Assembly: GCA_963745035.1 (NCBI GenBank)
Contig: CAVUVW010000013.1
Coordinates: 448,001-512,000, forward strand
DNA length: 64,000 nucleotides
Direction: 5' to 3'
Origin: an uncultured delta proteobacterium
GTDB lineage: Bacteria > Desulfobacterota > Binatia > UBA9968
The notes beneath the pieces were generated by a model that worked only from the letters and a program-made list of their open reading frames with translations, did no database searches and had not been told where the DNA came from. The translations under genes were made by a program, and so were the position numbers. Positions 22,043-32,018 of this stretch are shown here, piece by piece; positions within the stretch are counted from its first letter, which is position 1, and every line of letters begins with the position of its first letter.

Positions 22043-23008
22043 ATGAGCAAGAAAATTCATCTCACCTTGGCCACAGGCGATTACGAAAGCATTCGCGCTT
22101 TGAAGGAAGGAACGGTCAAAGCCGACGGCATCGAGCTCACCGTGTTGACCGATATGACTTCTGATATTCGCCACTGGCGCATGCTGCGCAATCGCGAGTT
22201 CGACGTCGCCGAGCTGTCCATGTCGAATTACTTGATGGCGAAATACACCGGACTGCCCTTCGTTGCGATCCCGGTGTTTCTGCACCGGCGTTTTCGCCAC
22301 GGTTTTATCTTTCTGAATGCCAATAAGGGAATCAAGAAACCGTCGGATCTGATCGGCAAAAAGGTCGGCCTGCGAAATTTTCAGGCGACGGCAAATCTAT
22401 GGATTCGCGGCATTCTGGAGCATGAGCACGGCCTGCCGCACCGCAGCATTCATTGGTTCAAGCAGGACGAGGAAGAAGTGGACTGGACCCCGCCGCGGGA
22501 TCTGGACATCCAAAGGATCGCGCCGGGAAAGAGCGTTGAGAAAATGCTTGTCGATGGCGAGCTTGACGCGCTGATCCATCCGGAAGTGATTCAACCTATT
22601 CTCGAAAAAGACCAAAGGATAACTCGGCTGTTTCCCAATTATCGCGACTTGGAAATCGACTATTATAAGCGTACCGGGTTCTTCCCGATCATGCACACGA
22701 CCGCGATCAAGCAGGAGATTGTCGACAAGCACCCGTGGGTGCCGATCAATTTGATGCAGGCCTTCGAGGAGTCAAAAAAAATCGCCTACAAGAGGATGGA
22801 TAATCCGCGCATTGTGCCGCTTGCGTGGTTCCGCCATTTCTGGGAAGAACAAGAAGAACTCCTGGGCGCCGACCCGTGGGTTTACGGCCTCGGCGAAATT
22901 AATCGGAAAGCGCTGGAGACTTTGATGCAGTATTCGCAGGAACAGGGACTGATCGGACGCAAACTGGCTTTGGACGAGCTGTTCATCGCCACCGCGGCGC
23001 ATTCCTAA
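22043..23008 (+). CDS. 4,5-dihydroxyphthalate decarboxylase (PhtD)-like protein, periplasmic-binding fold, no signal peptide
   Basis: LTLATGDYE, FDVAELSMS, AIPVFLHRRFRHG and YYKRTGFFPIMH family motifs. Confidence 0.8.
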   Translation: MSKKIHLTLATGDYESIRALKEGTVKADGIELTVLTDMTSDIRHWRMLRNREFDVAELSMSNYLMAKYTGLPFVAIPVFLHRRFRHGFIFLNANKGIKKPSDLIGKKVGLRNFQATANLWIRGILEHEHGLPHRSIHWFKQDEEEVDWTPPRDLDIQRIAPGKSVEKMLVDGELDALIHPEVIQPILEKDQRITRLFPNYRDLEIDYYKRTGFFPIMHTTAIKQEIVDKHPWVPINLMQAFEESKKIAYKRMDNPRIVPLAWFRHFWEEQEELLGADPWVYGLGEINRKALETLMQYSQEQGLIGRKLALDELFIATAAHS

Positions 23009-23010
23009 AT

Positions 23011-23718
23011 ATGGAAACCGCCATTGTCGCAGGGGTTGGACCCGGCACCGGCGCCGCTCTCGCGCGCGCCTTTGCCAAAGAAGGCTACGCGATGGGATTG
23101 CTGTCGCGCCGCAGTGAATCCAGCGAGCCGGTCGCTGAAGAGATTCGCGCCGCGGGCGGCAAGGCGCTCGCTGTTCAAGCCGATGTGACCGACCGTCGCA
23201 GTGTGCAAGCCGCCGTCGCGCAAATTCGCCAGAGTCTGGGAACGGTAACAGCGCTCGCTCATAACGCCAGCGGATACGGCCGCGGTGATTTCCTGCAGAT
23301 GGACCCCGACCAGATCCGCCAGTCATTCGAAGCCAACGTGATGGGCGCGGTGCATCTCGCCCAGGCAGCGATTCCCGATATGCTCAAGGCCGGCCATGGA
23401 TTCATCTCACTCACCGGCGCGACGGCGGCCCTCCGCGGCCGCGCCGGCTTCGCGCCGTTGGCGATCGGCAAAGCCGGCTTGCGCATGCTCGGTCAGTCGC
23501 TCGCGCGGGAATTTCACCCGAAAGGGATCCACGTCATCCACGTGATCGTCGACGGCCAAATCGACACTCCTCGGCTGCGTTCGCGCGAACCCGATCGCGC
23601 CGGTGACACCGTCATTCCCCCAGGCGCCATTGCCGACGCGGTCATCTCTTGCCTGCGCCAGCCGCGCACCGCTTGGTCGCACGAGATCGACTTGCGGCCG
23701 TTCTTGGAGACCTTCTAG
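23011..23718 (+). CDS. Short-chain dehydrogenase/reductase
   Basis: GVGPGTG, TGATAALRG and GIHVIHVIVDG motifs; starts 2 nt after the upstream stop. Confidence 0.93.
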   Translation: METAIVAGVGPGTGAALARAFAKEGYAMGLLSRRSESSEPVAEEIRAAGGKALAVQADVTDRRSVQAAVAQIRQSLGTVTALAHNASGYGRGDFLQMDPDQIRQSFEANVMGAVHLAQAAIPDMLKAGHGFISLTGATAALRGRAGFAPLAIGKAGLRMLGQSLAREFHPKGIHVIHVIVDGQIDTPRLRSREPDRAGDTVIPPGAIADAVISCLRQPRTAWSHEIDLRPFLETF

Positions 23719-23822
23719 GCTGGCTGCTTACAAGATTGATCTTACAGCGGTATTGTCGTAAGTTTTTACAACCTGACGACGAGTCTAACGCTGCGCCGAG
23801 TGAATCCGGCGAGGGAGGTTGT

Positions 23823-24185
23823 ATGTTCGGAAAGGGAGTTTTCCAGGAAGAGGAAAGCCTGCTGCGCGACATTATTCGGAGCATCGACAAGCGTGTCGAT
23901 TATTCGGCAAAGGAAGGCGCGGGGACGCACTTCACCGTCCACGTCAAGCTGCGCGGCCACGAGGCCGATGTCGTGCTCGATCTGGAGGACCTGAAAGCGG
24001 CCCGCACCGACATGGTGAGGCGACAGCAGATCCGCCACAAGATCAAGGCGCGCTGCGATCATCTGGACAAGACGCGTTACGGCGCCGACGTTCTCGGTCT
24101 AAAGTCGGCAAGAATTCTGCGCGCGGCCCCCAAGCCGGAAGCGCCCCCCCACCGCGGCGGATTTGGCCGGGGCGTAAGAAGATAA
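23823..24185 (+). CDS. Hypothetical protein (120 aa, basic C-terminus)
   Basis: GGGAGG before ATG 23823; coding-like composition. Confidence 0.65.
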   Translation: MFGKGVFQEEESLLRDIIRSIDKRVDYSAKEGAGTHFTVHVKLRGHEADVVLDLEDLKAARTDMVRRQQIRHKIKARCDHLDKTRYGADVLGLKSARILRAAPKPEAPPHRGGFGRGVRR

Positions 24186-24250
24186 TGGCTTCATAGCGCG
24201 GGTTTGTGCATCCCGACATGCTGGATCATTGACGGCCACGTAGCCGAATC

Positions 24251-25114
24251 ATGGACAAAGCCAACCTCATTCGTGATGCCTTGGCGCATCATGGTCAGCT
24301 CATCATGCCCGGCGTTTACGATGCTCTCAGCGCCAAGATCGCGGCGCGGGCCGGATTTGAGGTTGTTTTCATCACCGGCTACAGCCTGTCGGCTACCCTG
24401 CTCGGCGAGCCGGATTTCGGCGTGCTGACCCAGACCGAAGTGGTCGGAGCTACCCAGCGCATCTGCTCGGTGATCGAGACCCCGGTCATCGTCGATGCCG
24501 ATACCGGTTACGGCAACGCCATCAACGTGATCCGCACGGTCGAGGATCTGCTGCGTGCCGGCGCTGCGGGCATGTTCTTGGAAGATCAGATCTGGCCGAA
24601 GCGCTGCGGCCACATGAAGGGCAAACAAGTCATCGCGCTCGACGAGCAATTAAAGAAACTCTCGGCGGCGGTCGAGGCAAAGGCCGGGCGGGACTTCTTT
24701 ATCGTCGCGCGCACCGATGCGCGGCAGGCATTGGGGTTGCCCGAGGCAATCAAACGCGGCAAAGCCTTCAAAGACGCCGGGGCCGACGCCGTCTTTATCG
24801 AAGCGCCGGAGACCAAGCAGGAAATGGCAGAAATCGCCCGCCAAGTGCCTGGGCCGCTGGTCGCCAATATGCTCGAACGCGGCGTGACCCCGCTCATGGC
24901 GCCAAAGGAGCTCAAGGAATTGGGCTTCGATCTGATCGTTTGGCCTCTGGCACCGCTCTACTCGGCCGCTAAGTCGCTAGCCGACGTTTACACGACTTTG
25001 CGCCGCGACGGATCCACGATAGCGATACTGGATCGGTTAATGCCGTTCGACGAGTTTAACCAGATCGTCGGGCTGGAAGAGAAATATGCGCTGGATGAAA
25101 AGTACAGGAACTAG
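24251..25114 (+). CDS. Isocitrate lyase/PEP mutase family enzyme (PrpB-like or oxaloacetate decarboxylase-like)
   Basis: DADTGYG, EDQIWPKRCGH and IVARTDA motifs. Confidence 0.92.
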   Translation: MDKANLIRDALAHHGQLIMPGVYDALSAKIAARAGFEVVFITGYSLSATLLGEPDFGVLTQTEVVGATQRICSVIETPVIVDADTGYGNAINVIRTVEDLLRAGAAGMFLEDQIWPKRCGHMKGKQVIALDEQLKKLSAAVEAKAGRDFFIVARTDARQALGLPEAIKRGKAFKDAGADAVFIEAPETKQEMAEIARQVPGPLVANMLERGVTPLMAPKELKELGFDLIVWPLAPLYSAAKSLADVYTTLRRDGSTIAILDRLMPFDEFNQIVGLEEKYALDEKYRN

Positions 25115-25152
25115 GCAAGTTCAACGGAATGAATTTGTTCAAGTTTCGCTTA

Positions 25153-26259
25153 TCACAACCGCATCGGCATCAACACATATAAGTAGTTATCGACTCCCGC
25201 CTTACGAATGATACTCGGGCTCAACTCGTCCTTGAGCTCGATATCGATCTCGCCGTCCCCGCCGAGCACGCTCAGAACGTCGATCAGATAACGCGCATTA
25301 AATCCGATTGATAGCGGTTTGCCCTTGTACTCCGCCTCGATTTCTTCAACCGCCTCGCCCAGATCCGGGTTATTGGCGGAAATCGAAACTTTGCCGTCCG
25401 TGAACTCCATGCGAATTCCCTTGTAACGCTCGCTCGAGAGAATCGACACGCGGCGCAAAGCCTGGAGCAGCTCATCATGCTCTAGCTTTACGATATTCGG
25501 GTTTCCCTTCGGAATGACCTTTGTGTAATCGGGAAAGTCGCCGTCGATCAAGCGCATAAAAAGCTCGATCTTATCTTTCGTGACCAGTCCCATGTTTTCC
25601 TTGAAGCCGAGGGAAACAGCGCCGTCGGAGCCGTTCTCCAAAAGTTTCTTGAGCTCCGCCAAGCCCTTGCGCGGCAGGATCACGCCCTTGGCCAAACCGA
25701 AGGAACCAACGGCTTTTTCCTCGAAAGCGAGACGATGGCCGTCGGTGGCGACCATGCGAATGTTGCCGCTGTCGCCCTGCTCGATAAACACGCCGTTTAA
25801 ACTGTAACGTGTTTCATCGGTAGAAACCGCAAAAATCGTGCGTTCGATCATTTGATGCACAGTGGAGGCTGGAGTGGTCGACAGCGCCTTACCATCGAAC
25901 TTCGGAAACTGCGGGAATTCCTTTGCGTCGATGCCGACGATTTTAAAAACCGACTTTCCGCTGCGAATCTCCACCCAGTCGTTGTCCAGACGCTTTAATT
26001 GCACCTGCTCGTTGGGCGCTTCCCGAATGATCTCGTAAATCTTTTTCGCGTTTACGGTGACCGTGCCCTCTTTGACCACGTCGCCGTCGACTTCGCCTCT
26101 GACCCCTACTTCCAGATCGGTCGCGGTAACGCGAATGGACCCTTTGACGCACTCAAAAAGAACATTGGCGAGGATCGGCATGGTATTGCGCCGTTCCACA
26201 ATACTTTGCGTCCAATAAAGCGTTGCGAGAAGACTTTCCCGCTTGGCTTTAATCTCCAT
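25153..26259 (-). CDS. dnaN: DNA polymerase III beta sliding clamp
   Basis: ATDLE, ATDGHRL, GDFPDY and VLMPMRL motifs. Confidence 0.98.
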   Translation of the reverse strand: MEIKAKRESLLATLYWTQSIVERRNTMPILANVLFECVKGSIRVTATDLEVGVRGEVDGDVVKEGTVTVNAKKIYEIIREAPNEQVQLKRLDNDWVEIRSGKSVFKIVGIDAKEFPQFPKFDGKALSTTPASTVHQMIERTIFAVSTDETRYSLNGVFIEQGDSGNIRMVATDGHRLAFEEKAVGSFGLAKGVILPRKGLAELKKLLENGSDGAVSLGFKENMGLVTKDKIELFMRLIDGDFPDYTKVIPKGNPNIVKLEHDELLQALRRVSILSSERYKGIRMEFTDGKVSISANNPDLGEAVEEIEAEYKGKPLSIGFNARYLIDVLSVLGGDGEIDIELKDELSPSIIRKAGVDNYLYVLMPMRL

Positions 26260-26285
26260 ACTTTCCCCCTGTGACTTCTATTGCC

Positions 26286-26484
26286 TTACTTATATATAAA
26301 TTCAAGAAGTAATAGTAGAGGCTGTGGACAAGGCGGAAAACTTCGCTTTGGCGAGGAAAATCAAAACTCTAGCTTGTGACTTAAAACGGGAGCTTAATCT
26401 CGTTTTGCACTTCTTTAACGACGCGTTCGGATGAGGGCGTGGTCTTTCACAGCAACCTTGACCGTTAATCACAGGATATTCACA
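26286..26484. other. oriC unwinding region between dnaA and dnaN (AT-rich tract, DnaA-trios, DnaA boxes)
   Basis: TTACTTATATATAAATT, then AAG AAG TAA TAG TAG (26304-26318), AGGC and box TGTGGACAA (26323-26331). Further degenerate boxes at 26443-26451, 26465-26473 and 26476-26484. Confidence 0.85.
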
Positions 26485-26485
26485 G

Positions 26486-27821
26486 CTATTTGCGGATGTG
26501 CAGATTTCTCTCGAGCTTTTCGATGGTGATCTGCATCTGCGGGTCTTCTTTCATTTTCCGCTCGATGGTCTTAGATGCATGGATTACCGTCGAGTGATCC
26601 CGGCCGCCGAATTGGTCGCCGATGCCGGGGAAGGAAGCACCAGTGTACTTGCGGCAGAGATACATCGCTACCTGGCGCGGCAGCGCGATGTTTTGTGTTC
26701 TTCTCTTCGCTTTCAGGTCGTTGACTTTGATATTGAAATAGTCGCAGATCGTTTTTTGTATATTCTCGACCGTAATTTCCCTTTTCGCACCGTTCAGGGT
26801 ATTGCGCAGGACGTCTTTGGCCAAATCTACCGTAATCGTAGCTTTGGTAAGGGAGGCAAAGGCTCCGAGGCGGGTGAGAGATCCTTCCAACTCGCGCACG
26901 TTGGAATCGATATTCGAAGCCAGAAAGATCGCCACGTCGTGGGGCAGTTGGACCGACTCCGCCTCGGCCTTCTTCTGCAAGATCGCCACGCGCGTCTCCA
27001 TGTCGGGTGGTTGAATGTCGGCGATCAAACCCCACTCGAAGCGGTTCCGCAGACGGTCTTCGATACCAGGAATTTCCTTGGGAAATTTATCCGACGTGAT
27101 GACGATCTGTTTGTGCGATTCGTAGAGCGAGTTGAATGTGTGGAAAAATTCCTCCTGCGTTCGCTCTTTGCCCGCGATGAACTGCACGTCGTCGAGGATT
27201 AGGAGGTCCACGTTACGAAATTTTCGCTTGAATTCGTCCATCTTGTCGCGCCGAAGGGACGCGATCAGCTCGTTCATGAACGATTCCGAGCTCAGATAGC
27301 CCACTTTTAGGCCGGACCGCTGCGCCGTCGCGTGGTGGCCGATGGCGTTTACCAGATGAGTTTTTCCGAGGCCGACGCCGCCGTAGATAAACAAGGGATT
27401 GTAATTGTCTCCTGGCTGATTGGCCACCGCGACGCAGGCGGCGTGGGCAAACTGATTGCTGGCGCCGATCACGAAGTTCTCGAACGTATACTTTGCGACG
27501 AGATTGCTTGCGCGCTGCGGCTTGTCTCGCTCCCGTTCATCTTTTTTCGCGGCTTTTTCCGAGGTCGGCAGCTTTGCCGCTTTTTCATTGACTTGAAAAA
27601 TCACGCGCACGGCAAGCCGCGCCGACGAGCTCAACACGGCTTCAAGCTTGTTGATATAGTGTTCCGTGAGCCAATCGCGAAAAAACTTGTTGGGAACTTC
27701 TAAAACAACTTCATTTTTGTTTCGCGACACGAAACGAATCGGCGCAATCCAGGTCTCGAAATTTTGCGCGCCGATTTGCTCTTTGATTTCGGCTCAACGC
27801 CTGGGTCCATTGCTCGCTCAT
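26486..27821 (-). CDS. dnaA: Chromosomal replication initiator DnaA (1-nt insertion near 27794)
   Basis: GGVGLGKT, NVRELEG and GGRDHSTV motifs. Domain I (MSEQWTQAL|AEIKEQIGAQNFETWI) is restored from ATG 27821 by removing one base at 27794/27795. Confidence 0.96.
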
Positions 27822-27870
27822 TTCAGCACCCGCTAAGCTTCTGAAAAGACAGGACAACCTATGCAAATAG

Positions 27871-27903
27871 TTACACACAAGGTTATCCACAGTTGTGGAT
27901 AAC
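27871..27903. promoter_or_regulatory. DnaA-box cluster upstream of dnaA
   Basis: Perfect TTATCCACA (27883-27891), perfect inverted TGTGGATAA (27894-27902), and TTACACACA (27871-27879). Confidence 0.9.
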
Positions 27904-28209
27904 TAAAATAGCTGACAATTCCCATGGCTTTGCGTGAAGTTGAGAGCCTGGCGATCCATAGGACGCCGATAGAAACACCGCTTGTGCCCGCGCTGAAAAA
28001 TCTCCATATGGTGGAAGTTTTTTATGGTGGAAGTTTTTTCGCGCCTCGGAAAAGAAAACCGACGGCGATGCGCTTTAATTTCGGAAGCGTTGTTAATAGT
28101 CCTTTTCAAAATTCTTTGCAAGAAAAAAACATCGACAAATTTTTTTTTCCCGTTTCTGCAATCATGTTGACAGCATAGCAGCGCGATGTTAGCTACGGTT
28201 TTTCGAACG

Positions 28210-29490
28210 ATGTCGCGATCAAGAAAAATTTTTTGCCGCGCGCGCGAAAAAATTCCCGGCGGCGTCAACAGTCCCGTGCGCGCGTGGAAGGCGGTGGGCG
28301 GCGAGCCGTTGATCATCGCGCGCGGGCAAGGAAGTCGCATCTTCGACGCCGACGGAAGACGCTACATCGACTTTGTCGGATCTTGGGGGCCGCTGATCTT
28401 GGGTCATGCCCATCCAAGGATCGTGCAAGCGGTGAAACGGCGGGCAGCAATGGGTTTTACGTTCGGCGCTCCGACGGAAGCGGAAGTTCGCCTCGCCGAG
28501 ATGGTGGCGCGGATCGTGCCGTCTATAGAGTTGCTGCGTCTGGTGAGCTCCGGCACCGAAGCCGCGATGAGCGCGGTGCGGTTGGCGCGGGCATTTACCG
28601 GAAAACGGAAAATAATCAAGTTCGACGGTTGCTATCACGGTCACGCCGACGGCTTGCTGGTAAGGGCCGGGTCGGGCGTCGCGACCCTGGGTCTTCCCGA
28701 TAGCCCGGGAGTTCCGCCCAGCTACGCGCGTGAAACGTTGATAGCTAAATACAACGACATCACATCCGTGCAAAGAATCATGAACGCGCACCGGAGTGAT
28801 ATCGCCGCCATCATCGTCGAGCCGATTTGCGGCAATATGGGAGTCATTCCGCCGGAAGCGAATTTTCTCAGGAGTCTCCGTCAGATCACCCGACAAAGCG
28901 GCGCGCTGCTCATCTTCGATGAAGTCATCACCGGGTTCCGCGTCGCCCGCGGCGGCGCGCAGGAAATTTTTCGGATAAAGCCGGATCTGACTTGCTTGGG
29001 AAAGATCCTCGGCGGCGGCTTCCCGCTGGCGGCCTTCGGCGGCACGGCGCGGATCATGAAGCTGCTCGCTCCCGCGGGCGCGGTGTATCAAGCGGGAACT
29101 CTTTCGGGAAACCCCATGGCGGTAAGCGCGGGCATCGCGACCCTCGAGGCATTAAGCCGGCAGGGCATCTACGAATCTTTGGAGGAAAAAGCGCACTACC
29201 TCGAGCAAGGATTCCGGGACGTTCTCACGAGACACGATATCAAAGCTGCGCTCAACCGTGCCGGCTCGATGATGACCCTGTTTTTCGGGCTGGAAGAGGT
29301 GCACAACGCGGACGACGCGCGCCGGTGCGACCGTAAGAAATTCGCCCGCTATTTTCACGGCATGCTGCGCCGCGGGATCTACCTTCCACCGGCTCCGTTC
29401 GAGGCCATGTTTGTCTCCACGGCTCATTCCCGTGCGGATTTAGATGCGACAATTCGCGCTTTTAACCAGTGGGCGGCGGCGGATGCCTAA
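28210..29490 (+). CDS. hemL: Glutamate-1-semialdehyde 2,1-aminomutase
   Basis: IPGGVNSPVRA, SSGTEA, FDEVITGFR, LGKILGGG and YQAGTLSGNP motifs. Confidence 0.97.
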   Translation: MSRSRKIFCRAREKIPGGVNSPVRAWKAVGGEPLIIARGQGSRIFDADGRRYIDFVGSWGPLILGHAHPRIVQAVKRRAAMGFTFGAPTEAEVRLAEMVARIVPSIELLRLVSSGTEAAMSAVRLARAFTGKRKIIKFDGCYHGHADGLLVRAGSGVATLGLPDSPGVPPSYARETLIAKYNDITSVQRIMNAHRSDIAAIIVEPICGNMGVIPPEANFLRSLRQITRQSGALLIFDEVITGFRVARGGAQEIFRIKPDLTCLGKILGGGFPLAAFGGTARIMKLLAPAGAVYQAGTLSGNPMAVSAGIATLEALSRQGIYESLEEKAHYLEQGFRDVLTRHDIKAALNRAGSMMTLFFGLEEVHNADDARRCDRKKFARYFHGMLRRGIYLPPAPFEAMFVSTAHSRADLDATIRAFNQWAAADA

Positions 29491-29530
29491 ACTTGATCGA
29501 CATAACCGGGCATGTTAGAAGACAAGCCCA

Positions 29531-29797
29531 GTGGGGAACGTCGCGGGCCGCCCCGACAACCGGCAACAAGACCAAGCTCCCTTCCTGCGCCGAGCGGGCT
29601 TATATTTAGGAGTAGCTTTCGAATTACCGGGCACCATTCTTGCCGGATTGGTGGTCGGGTACTACGCCGATGAATATTTCCGCAGCTCGCCATGGCTGCT
29701 GATTACCTTCACGGCTCTTGCATTCGTCGGCGCATTTGTGCGGCTCTTGCGCTGGGCAAAATTTTTTGCGCGCGCGCGTGATGGAAACAGCCGCTAA
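29531..29797 (+). CDS. AtpZ/AtpI-family (ATPase gene 1) small membrane protein
   Basis: Two TM helices with G..vGY.aD.yF.ssPW pattern, upstream of atpB. The start is uncertain. Confidence 0.78.
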   Translation: MGNVAGRPDNRQQDQAPFLRRAGLYLGVAFELPGTILAGLVVGYYADEYFRSSPWLLITFTALAFVGAFVRLLRWAKFFARARDGNSR

Positions 29798-30158
29798 AAA
29801 AAGCATAATCCGCATCGAGCTTTGGCATGGAGTGTTGCTGCTCGCATTACTGGTCACCTTGGGGCCGGCGCGGTTGATCGATCCAGCGGCGCTCTTGGCC
29901 GGCGGGATTTTTATGGGAGTCAATTTTCTCCTGTTGAGTCTGGGTATTGCCTGGGTATTGACGCCCTTGGCCGGGAAGGGTCGCGTCAAGGCGGGGATCG
30001 GATTCCTGGTGCTTAAGATTATTCTTTTTCTGGGACTTCTGACCATGTTGTTTTTTCATTTCGCACTGGACGCCCTCTCTTTTGCCCTCGGTTTTTCGAC
30101 TTTAATCCTGGCGATAGTTTTGGAAAGCGTCGTAAGAACGACGCACGCGCAAGCCTAG
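29781..30158 (+). CDS. atpI: ATP synthase protein I
   Basis: Four TM helices, directly upstream of atpB. Confidence 0.72.
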   Translation: METAAKKSIIRIELWHGVLLLALLVTLGPARLIDPAALLAGGIFMGVNFLLLSLGIAWVLTPLAGKGRVKAGIGFLVLKIILFLGLLTMLFFHFALDALSFALGFSTLILAIVLESVVRTTHAQA

Positions 30159-30167
30159 AGAAAAGAA

Positions 30168-30962
30168 ATGGAACATCCGTTTACTTGGTACAATCTGCTG
30201 CCGCAAAGCTTTCAGCATGCGATTGGCGATCACACGTTTTTTGCGCTGGTCGCCGCGATTTTACTCTTACTGTTTGCGTTCGCCGCACGCGCGGCGCTGG
30301 CCAAGGCGCAAGACCCCGCGGTCCCGGCCGGGGAGCTGGGCGCGAGAAATATCGCGGAGCTTTTGCTCCAGTTAGTGGTGAACCAGAGCGATCAAATCAT
30401 CGGCAAGCAAGGCCGTAAATATGTGCCTTTTTTCGCGACCTTCTTTATGTTCATCCTGCTGAGCAATTTGCTCGGGCTGCTGCCTGGCTTTGCGCCGCCG
30501 ACGGGCAATCTCAACACGACGATCGGTTTAGCGCTTTGTTCTTTCATTGGCTACAATATAATCGGCGTGCGCGAACAAGGCGGCGCATATTTCAAACACT
30601 TCATCGGGCCGATGACCGGGCTTCCCGCCAGCACGATCATCGGCAAGTTGGCTTTCCTACCCCTTTTGCTGATTTCCGCGACCTTCTTTTTTATCCTAGA
30701 GGCTTTCTCACATGGTTTTCGGCCGGTTTCACTGTCTTTGCGGCTTTTTGGCAACATGATGGGAGATCACGAGGTGATCACGGCGTTCATCAAGCTTACG
30801 AAAGTGGTGGTGCCGGTGGCATTTTATGCCATGGGTACGCTGGTTGCCGTGATTCAAGCTTTTGTTTTCACGCTATTGAGCATGATCTACGTCGCTCTGG
30901 CGATAAGCCACGGGCATGATGAAGAACATGATCACGAAGCGCCGCATCAATCACGTCACTAA
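30168..30962 (+). CDS. atpB: Fo ATP synthase subunit a
   Basis: SNLLGLLPG, RPVSLSLRLFGNM and IQAFVFTLLSMIY motifs; His-rich C-terminal tail. Confidence 0.97.
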   Translation: MEHPFTWYNLLPQSFQHAIGDHTFFALVAAILLLLFAFAARAALAKAQDPAVPAGELGARNIAELLLQLVVNQSDQIIGKQGRKYVPFFATFFMFILLSNLLGLLPGFAPPTGNLNTTIGLALCSFIGYNIIGVREQGGAYFKHFIGPMTGLPASTIIGKLAFLPLLLISATFFFILEAFSHGFRPVSLSLRLFGNMMGDHEVITAFIKLTKVVVPVAFYAMGTLVAVIQAFVFTLLSMIYVALAISHGHDEEHDHEAPHQSRH

Positions 30963-31031
30963 GCGATCGCCCGCGTGGCGAGGATGAGGAAAGATGAGAG
31001 GTGGGCTAAAGTCGCTGGAAAGGAGAGGAGA

Positions 31032-31358
31032 ATGAAGCAGCTGTTTGTATTTGTCGGCACTTTTTTCATGGGCCTGCTGACCGCCGGTACGGCCATGGCC
31101 GCCGCCGAGGCCGCCGCCGGCGGCGACTCGAATCGCGCTGTCGCGATTGCGATCTCCGCCGGCATCGCCGTCGCTATTGCCGCCTTCGGTGCCGCCTTGG
31201 GCCAAGGTCGGGTCGGCGCGGCAGCAATGGAAAGCATCGGCCGCAATCCGAATGCGGCTGACAAGCTGTTCTTGCCGCTGGTTCTAACCCTCGCGCTGCT
31301 CGAAGCTTTGGCTTTGTACGGCTTCGTCATCGCGATCTTGCTGCAGGGCAAGATCTAG
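31032..31358 (+). CDS. atpE: Fo ATP synthase subunit c with N-terminal extension
   Basis: AAFGAALGQG..IGRNP..LLEALALY motifs; GAGGAG before ATG 31032. Confidence 0.96.
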   Translation: MKQLFVFVGTFFMGLLTAGTAMAAAEAAAGGDSNRAVAIAISAGIAVAIAAFGAALGQGRVGAAAMESIGRNPNAADKLFLPLVLTLALLEALALYGFVIAILLQGKI

Positions 31359-31376
31359 CGCTTTGCGAGCAGAGAA

Positions 31377-31411
31377 AAGGGCGGGGAGAAATTTCCCCGC
31401 CCTTCCTTTTT
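31377..31411 (+). terminator. Intrinsic terminator after atpE
   Basis: AAGGGCGGGGA/TCCCCGCCCTT stem followed by CCTTTTT. Confidence 0.8.
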
Positions 31412-31539
31412 GGCCGGCAGGGTGGTGACCGATTGCAGAAAAAGACGTTGCGGCCGCGCATCGTGTCTTTACGACTTCAGGATCGCGCCACGCGGTTGCC
31501 GAGCCAGGTTGCGACCACGGAACCCGGGATTACTTCGAA

Positions 31540-32001
31540 TCAGAGCGCCGGCAGATCGACCTTGAACAGATGCACTTGGGTGTAGCGCAGTAATTCCTCG
31601 AGGGTCTGCAGTTTATAGGCTTTTTCGTAGTGGATCTCTTTGATCCCGGTATTTACCAGAACCTTGAGGCAATGAATGCACGGCGTGTGCGTGATATAAA
31701 TCGCCGCGTCCTTGATGCTCGCGCCGTTTTTTGCCGCCTGGGCGATGGCATTCATTTCCGCGTGGATCGTGCGAAAGCAGTTCTGCTCGGTATCCCCGTT
31801 GGGCGTCTTGGATTCGTAAATGAGACAACCGACGTCGGTGCAGTGGGGCATGCCCGCCGGAGCGCCGTTGTAGCCCGTCGCCAGAATGTTCTTGTCGCGG
31901 ACGATCACCGCACCGACTTTGGCGCGGGTACAAGTCGACCGCTCCGCCACCTGTCGCGTGATAGTCATGAAGTATTGCTCCCAGCTCAAGCGTTCACTCA
32001 T
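31540..32001 (-). CDS. dCMP deaminase (ComEB family)
   Basis: RSTC..AKVGA, TGYNG, HAEMNAI and PCIHC motifs. Confidence 0.94.
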   Translation of the reverse strand: MSERLSWEQYFMTITRQVAERSTCTRAKVGAVIVRDKNILATGYNGAPAGMPHCTDVGCLIYESKTPNGDTEQNCFRTIHAEMNAIAQAAKNGASIKDAAIYITHTPCIHCLKVLVNTGIKEIHYEKAYKLQTLEELLRYTQVHLFKVDLPAL

Positions 32002-32018
32002 TCTCGCCTCCGGCCCTT

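Noticed and set aside
27903-28209. ORFs upstream of dnaA (possible rpmH)
   Set aside because: No MKRT(F/Y)QP-type L34 sequence was found. The AT-rich region is better explained as promoter/origin DNA.
31032-31358. Na+-translocating c-ring
   Set aside because: Gln and Glu are present, but Glu is followed by Ala-Leu rather than Ser/Thr, consistent with H+ coupling.
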